From NCBI GenBank assembly GCA_023136205.1, contig JAGLRQ010000042.1:1-32000 (forward strand): DNA of 32,000 nt. The letters run 5' to 3'. The DNA is from Candidatus Auribacterota bacterium (GTDB lineage: Bacteria > Auribacterota > UBA6266). Every line of letters begins with the position of its first letter. Positions within the stretch are counted from its first letter, which is position 1. Made by a program: the position numbers and the translations under genes. Below are positions 28,182-32,000 of this stretch, in pieces. The notes under the pieces were generated by a model that was given only the letters and a program-made list of their open reading frames with translations, had not been told where the DNA came from and searched no databases.

Positions 28182-28211
28182 TTGACAGCGCAAAATGGAT
28201 TTTCTTAATGT
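28182..28211 (+). promoter_or_regulatory. Candidate sigma-70 promoter reading into the GC-rich island
   Basis: TTGACA (28182-28187), an 18-nt spacer, then TAATGT (28206-28211). A possible stop signal follows downstream: CGGCGCG (28258-28264) pairs with CGCGCCG (28300-28306), then TTTTTT (28307-28312). Confidence 0.3.
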
Positions 28212-28333
28212 AACTGTGGTGCTTCGCGCCTATCCTTATCGCTGCGTCTATCCTGCTCGGCGCGCCGCTGCTCACCTTTGCTACGCCTATCTTTGCCCTC
28301 GCGCCGTTTTTTCTCGTTTAGCCGGTCTTCCAT
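28205..28333 (-). CDS. Candidate 42-aa arginine-rich small protein (MEDRLNEKKRREGKDRRSKGEQRRAEQDRRSDKDRREAPQLH)
   Basis: I translated this by hand. The ATG is preceded by GAAGGGGGG 4 nt upstream. It has a repeated DRR(S) motif. It lies 66 nt downstream of the GGDEF gene on the same strand and is below the length cutoff of the ORF track. Confidence 0.3.
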   Translation of the reverse strand: MEDRLNEKKRREGKDRRSKGEQRRAEQDRRSDKDRREAPQLH

Positions 28334-28399
28334 ACCGCCCCCCTTCTATACCGCCATGTTATCATTTAAGGCAGAATTTTAAAATAATATTTTATACGA

Positions 28400-29428
28400 T
28401 TAATCACAGATAATAACTCTATTTCTACCAGTGCTTTTCGCTTTATATAATGCCTCATCGGACTTTTTTATTAACGTATCTAACTCTTTTTTAACATCTG
28501 TCTCAATCACTCCTTTTGCAACGCCAATACTAATCGTCACCGGTAAATCTCCCTTGGTTCCTGTCTCTACCAGCTTACATATCTTTTCAGCTATTTTCTT
28601 TAAAAAACCTACGTCAACAGGGGCAAGAAAAATTAAAAATTCTTCCCCGCCATATCTTCCAATTACATCGGAACTCCTTATATTTCTTTTAATAAGGCCG
28701 GCAACCTGCTGCAGAACTTTATCACCTTTTTGATGGCCGTAGGTATCGTTGATCTCTTTAAAGTGATCAATATCCATCATCATAATCCCAATATTATACC
28801 TGTGCCTTTTTGCCAGGGTTGATAAAAGGTTAATAGCATTGAAAAGCCCCCTTCTATTGAGGACATTGGTCAGAGTATCAATAGTAGTTTGCATTGTTAA
28901 CAACTTGCTGTCATGCCATAATCTTTTGATGGTTTTTCCAAGAAGCTCCAATTCCGAAGTTACCATACCGTATTTCTTTAAAGCATCAATAACCTTTTGG
29001 ATGTGATTTTCATAGTCGTCTTTAGGCTTGCTTTCCTCCGGCAATGTTCTCATAAAGTGAAATAACAATACAAACGCGGGATGCAGTAAATAAAACTCTA
29101 AGCTGTATGCTAAAAGGAAACTATTCGTATGGCCAACCATATTTTCACATTCTTTTAATAAAAGATTGCTTTCGGCATCTATTGTTTCAAGCTCATCTTT
29201 GACCTTAACCGGATCATCAAAAACCTGAGGAATCATGCCTTTTTCCGCGAAGTACAACATTTCCCTCCAGTATTCAACAGGAAATTTCTCTCCTAATGAC
29301 ATCTCCTTCCAAAAATCTCTTAGATTGTTATCTTTTTCAACCTTTGATAATTTTTCATAAATTTTATAGGATTTTCGGTCTATTGATAAACACAGGCTAA
29401 TTATATCCAGTAAAAGATTCTCTGCCAT
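28400..29428 (-). CDS. Diguanylate cyclase (GGEEF) with an N-terminal ~170-aa helical domain of unknown function
   Basis: The C-terminal GGDEF domain has DIDHFKEINDTYGH and an active-site RYGGEEF, preceded by an RSSD I-site. The N-terminal domain is helical with ferritin-like spacing (FWKEMSLGEKFPVEYW) but lacks obvious metal ligands. Confidence 0.85.
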   Translation of the reverse strand: MAENLLLDIISLCLSIDRKSYKIYEKLSKVEKDNNLRDFWKEMSLGEKFPVEYWREMLYFAEKGMIPQVFDDPVKVKDELETIDAESNLLLKECENMVGHTNSFLLAYSLEFYLLHPAFVLLFHFMRTLPEESKPKDDYENHIQKVIDALKKYGMVTSELELLGKTIKRLWHDSKLLTMQTTIDTLTNVLNRRGLFNAINLLSTLAKRHRYNIGIMMMDIDHFKEINDTYGHQKGDKVLQQVAGLIKRNIRSSDVIGRYGGEEFLIFLAPVDVGFLKKIAEKICKLVETGTKGDLPVTISIGVAKGVIETDVKKELDTLIKKSDEALYKAKSTGRNRVIICD

Positions 29429-29454
29429 ATCAACCTCCTCTTTAATAACAATTA

Positions 29455-30384
29455 TTATCCAATGAGGTCTTCTCTATAAATTGATGTTCTGTTTCTTCCG
29501 TTAATCTTTGAATAATACAACGCTTTATCTGACTTTTTCCTTAAATCTTCTCCGTCCATTATGCTCTGCTCAGGATAAGATGAGATTCCCAGGCTAATTG
29601 TCACCTGTACCTTTTTCCCATCATAAATAAATTCTTTTTCTGCCAACTCTTTTCTAAGCCGCTCCACATATACATAAGCTTCTTCCGCGGTAGTTTCCGG
29701 GGCAAGGATAATATATTCATCGCCGGAGGGCCTGAAAATCACATCATTACACCTCTTCCTGTCAAGCATATGCTTCGCTATTCCGATTAGAACACAATCC
29801 CCCGCCGGATGGCCATATAAATCATTAACCCTCTTAAAAAGATCTACATCTATCCCAATACAGCTTAAAGAGCGGCTATACCTTTTGGAACGTTCCAACT
29901 CTTCATTTAAATATTTGTTAAAGTATCTCAGATTATATAACCCGGTAAGGCCATCACGAATTGCCATTTCTGCAAGCTCAGCATTTTTCTCTCTTAATTG
30001 ATCATGTAATTGTTTTAGCCTCAGCATTGACTTAACCCTGGCAATAACTTCCTGAGAAGATACCGGCTTAACAAGAAAATCGTCTCCCCCCTCTTCAAAG
30101 CCTTTAAGCTTGGATTCCTGGTCTCCCTTCGCCGTAAGGAAAATTATGGGTACATAATTATCGCTGGACGAGTGTTTCCTAATTTGCCTGCAGACTTCAA
30201 ATCCATCAATCTCAGGCATCATAATATCAAGCAATACGACATCCGGCGGGTTATTATGATACTGATTCATCGCTTCTTCACCATTTTCAGCCACGTTAAC
30301 CTCGTAACCTTCTGTTTCCAGAAGAACCCTCAAAAGGTGTACTATATCAAGCTCGTCATCGACTATAAGTATTTTCTCTTTCAT
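29455..30384 (-). CDS. Response regulator receiver fused to a GGDEF domain with variant active-site motif SGDEY
   Basis: The receiver domain shows ILIVDDE and DVVLLDIMMPEIDG. A coiled-coil linker leads to a GGDEF domain with DVDLFKRVNDLYGH, an RCND I-site and FRPSGDEYIIL instead of GG(D/E)EF. Confidence 0.85.
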   Translation of the reverse strand: MKEKILIVDDELDIVHLLRVLLETEGYEVNVAENGEEAMNQYHNNPPDVVLLDIMMPEIDGFEVCRQIRKHSSSDNYVPIIFLTAKGDQESKLKGFEEGGDDFLVKPVSSQEVIARVKSMLRLKQLHDQLREKNAELAEMAIRDGLTGLYNLRYFNKYLNEELERSKRYSRSLSCIGIDVDLFKRVNDLYGHPAGDCVLIGIAKHMLDRKRCNDVIFRPSGDEYIILAPETTAEEAYVYVERLRKELAEKEFIYDGKKVQVTISLGISSYPEQSIMDGEDLRKKSDKALYYSKINGRNRTSIYREDLIG

Positions 30385-31283
30385 CTAAGATAACCCCATC
30401 TGCTGGATATCGGAAACCATATAAAAAACGCTCGGCCTAAAATATTTTCCCTTGGTACAAAACCCCAAAATCTGCTGTCTTTGCTCACACCGGTATTATC
30501 ACCCAGTACAAAATACATCCCTTCGGGAATGTTCACAGGTTTGCCCTTCTGTCCGTATTCCCCGCCTCTGGCAGAACCGGCAAAAACAGTGTTTTCATAT
30601 TTTATTTCCTTGCCATCCATTCCTTTCAAATAATCAGGTTTTTTAATATACTTCCCGTTTATATATATATCTCCATCCCGAATTTCCACCGTTTCTCCGG
30701 GAAGGCCAACAACCCTTTTAATAAAATCTTTATACTGGTGCTCAAGCATTGGTATGTTACGCGTCTGAAAGATCATTATATCCCATCTTGCCGGTTCTTT
30801 AATAGGCAAAATAACGGGTGTGTGTTTAACTTCGTATGGTTTCCCTTTTCTTGCGGTATTAATAACAATGTAGGGGATCCTAAAGCCGTAAATTATCCTG
30901 TTTGCGAATATCCTGTCTCCATTCCGGTAATCACCATGTAAGGTGGGCTCCATTGAGCCCGTCGGGATCTTGAACGGTTGGAGAAAAATGCCCCTGACTA
31001 TGAGCGCCAAAATACCTGCCCATATTAATGACTCGATAAAATCTCTCACGGGACCCTTGACGTACCTGTTAAGTTTTTCCTTTTTAAGGCTCATAAGCTT
31101 TTTATAAAGAACATCCGTATTTTTACCGGTTTTAATAGATTCTTTAACATTTTTTAAAAGCTGATTTGCTTCTTTATATCCTTCTACCCCTAAAGCCTTC
31201 CTTCCCCTTCTGATGAGATCTTTCATTTCTTTATATAATTTTTTTAATTCTCTAATCTTCTTCCGGGTTGTTATCTCTTTCAA
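30381..31283 (-). CDS. lepB: Signal peptidase I with a ~80-aa charged N-terminal extension
   Basis: The catalytic Ser motif is PTGSMEPTL. The box E motif is VLGDNTGVSKDSRFWGFV. The stop codon overlaps the start of the next gene (ATGA). Confidence 0.9.
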   Translation of the reverse strand: MKEITTRKKIRELKKLYKEMKDLIRRGRKALGVEGYKEANQLLKNVKESIKTGKNTDVLYKKLMSLKKEKLNRYVKGPVRDFIESLIWAGILALIVRGIFLQPFKIPTGSMEPTLHGDYRNGDRIFANRIIYGFRIPYIVINTARKGKPYEVKHTPVILPIKEPARWDIMIFQTRNIPMLEHQYKDFIKRVVGLPGETVEIRDGDIYINGKYIKKPDYLKGMDGKEIKYENTVFAGSARGGEYGQKGKPVNIPEGMYFVLGDNTGVSKDSRFWGFVPRENILGRAFFIWFPISSRWGYLR

Positions 31284-31324
31284 AATATCCTCACTTTCTT
31301 ACAACACATTATTTTATAAAAAAA

Positions 31325-32000
31325 TTAGTCTGTCTTTAATATTGCAGTAAACGCTTTCTGGGGAATACTGATTTTCCCCACCTGTTTCATCCTTTTCTTT
31401 CCTTCTTTTTGCTTTTCCAGCAACTTCCTTTTCCTTGTTATATCCCCGCCATAACATTTCGCGGTAACATCTTTTCTCATAGCTTTAATTGTTGTCCGGG
31501 CAATAACCCGATTTCCCACTGTCGCTTGAAGAGCTATCTGGAAAAGGTGTCTGGGCATTAACTCTTTTAATTTTTCAATAACCTGCCGGCCTTTTGTCTC
31601 CGCCTTAGAACGATGAACAAGTGTAGAAAAAGCATCTACAGGATCCCCGTTAATAAGAATCTCAAGTTTTCCAATATCAGAGATTTTATATTTTTCAAAC
31701 TCATAATCCATTGAGCCGTATCCCTTTGTCGCGGATTTAATTTTATCGTGAAAATCAATAATTATCTCATTCATGGGGATGTTAAATGTCATCATAACTC
31801 TTTTGGAATCAAGCGTTTCGGTTTGTAAAAGTTCGCCCCTTCTATCCCTGCAGATTTGCATAATAGAACCAATCGAACTTGCAGGACAAATAACATATAC
31901 CTTTACATACGGTTCTTCAATGCTCTCTATGTTATCCTGCTCAGGCAGTTTTAGCGGATTATCTATCAATATACTACTCTGTCCGCCTTTAAGATTCACC
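31325..32000 (-). CDS. lepA: Elongation factor 4 (LepA), C-terminal part (5' end lies outside the window)
   Basis: The C-terminus is LepA-specific (AKCYGGDITRKRKLLEKQKEGKKRMKQVGKISIPQKAF). The reading frame is open to the window edge. Confidence 0.95.
   Translation of the reverse strand, partial: VNLKGGQSSILIDNPLKLPEQDNIESIEEPYVKVYVICPASSIGSIMQICRDRRGELLQTETLDSKRVMMTFNIPMNEIIIDFHDKIKSATKGYGSMDYEFEKYKISDIGKLEILINGDPVDAFSTLVHRSKAETKGRQVIEKLKELMPRHLFQIALQATVGNRVIARTTIKAMRKDVTAKCYGGDITRKRKLLEKQKEGKKRMKQVGKISIPQKAFTAILKTD

Noticed and set aside
27555-28200. Chromosomal origin of replication (oriC), suggested by DnaA-box-like sites and AT-rich repeats
   Set aside because: Flanking genes converge on this region instead of diverging from it. 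There is no dnaA or dnaN nearby, and the region contains a 25-of-28 match to a known dif site. A terminus fits better. The boxes are kept as a separate finding.
27640-28400. CsrA/RsmA-sponge RNA: about eight GGAUG(U) motifs on the minus strand resemble the CsrA SELEX consensus
   Set aside because: The motifs are copies of the same repeated XerC-arm-like sequence, so they are not independent. Most lie inside predicted stems rather than loops. No csrA gene is visible, so I cannot support the idea from the sequence alone.
28195-28413. 72-aa plus-strand ORF, and an alternative plus-frame hydrophobic peptide (LWCFAPILIAASILLGAPLLTFATPIFALAPFFLV, 28214-28321) that looks like a type I toxin
   Set aside because: The 72-aa ORF has an implausible composition, has no Shine-Dalgarno, and runs into the convergent GGDEF gene. 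The hydrophobic frame has no ATG, GTG or TTG start after the in-frame stop at 28211-28213. Its hydrophobicity is the mirror image of the Arg/Lys/Glu-rich frame on the other strand.

Overview
This is a chromosomal window from an AT-rich bacterium. I cannot assign the lineage without database searches. It holds about 35 tightly packed genes. Recognisable ones are trxB (5' truncated), a Cache-type histidine kinase, ogt, and a 1259-aa TPR/PA14-like/transglutaminase-like secreted protein. There is also an IspH fused to a UbiA-like membrane domain, nagZ, and two orphan ABC solute-binding lipoproteins. Three tandem small secreted paralogs follow. Next comes a NifU-like / PAS-kinase / sigma-54 activator cluster, then dnaK-groES-groEL, ktrB-ktrA, and a sugar nucleotidyltransferase. 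On the minus strand lies lepA-lepB with two diguanylate cyclase genes. Two regions stand out. (1) dnaK-groES-groEL is preceded by a perfect sigma-54 -24/-12 promoter immediately downstream of the NtrC-type two-component system, and I could not find a CIRCE element. (2) Plus-strand genes on the left and minus-strand genes on the right converge on a 974-bp non-coding region (27426-28399). That region holds a near-canonical dif (XerC/XerD) site and four DnaA-box-like 9-mers. It also holds a ~160-bp tandem array of hairpin modules that reuse XerC-arm-like half-sites and show compensatory base-pair changes, plus a small GC-rich island with a candidate 42-aa arginine-rich ORF. All family assignments come from motif recognition by eye; no HMM or BLAST search was possible.
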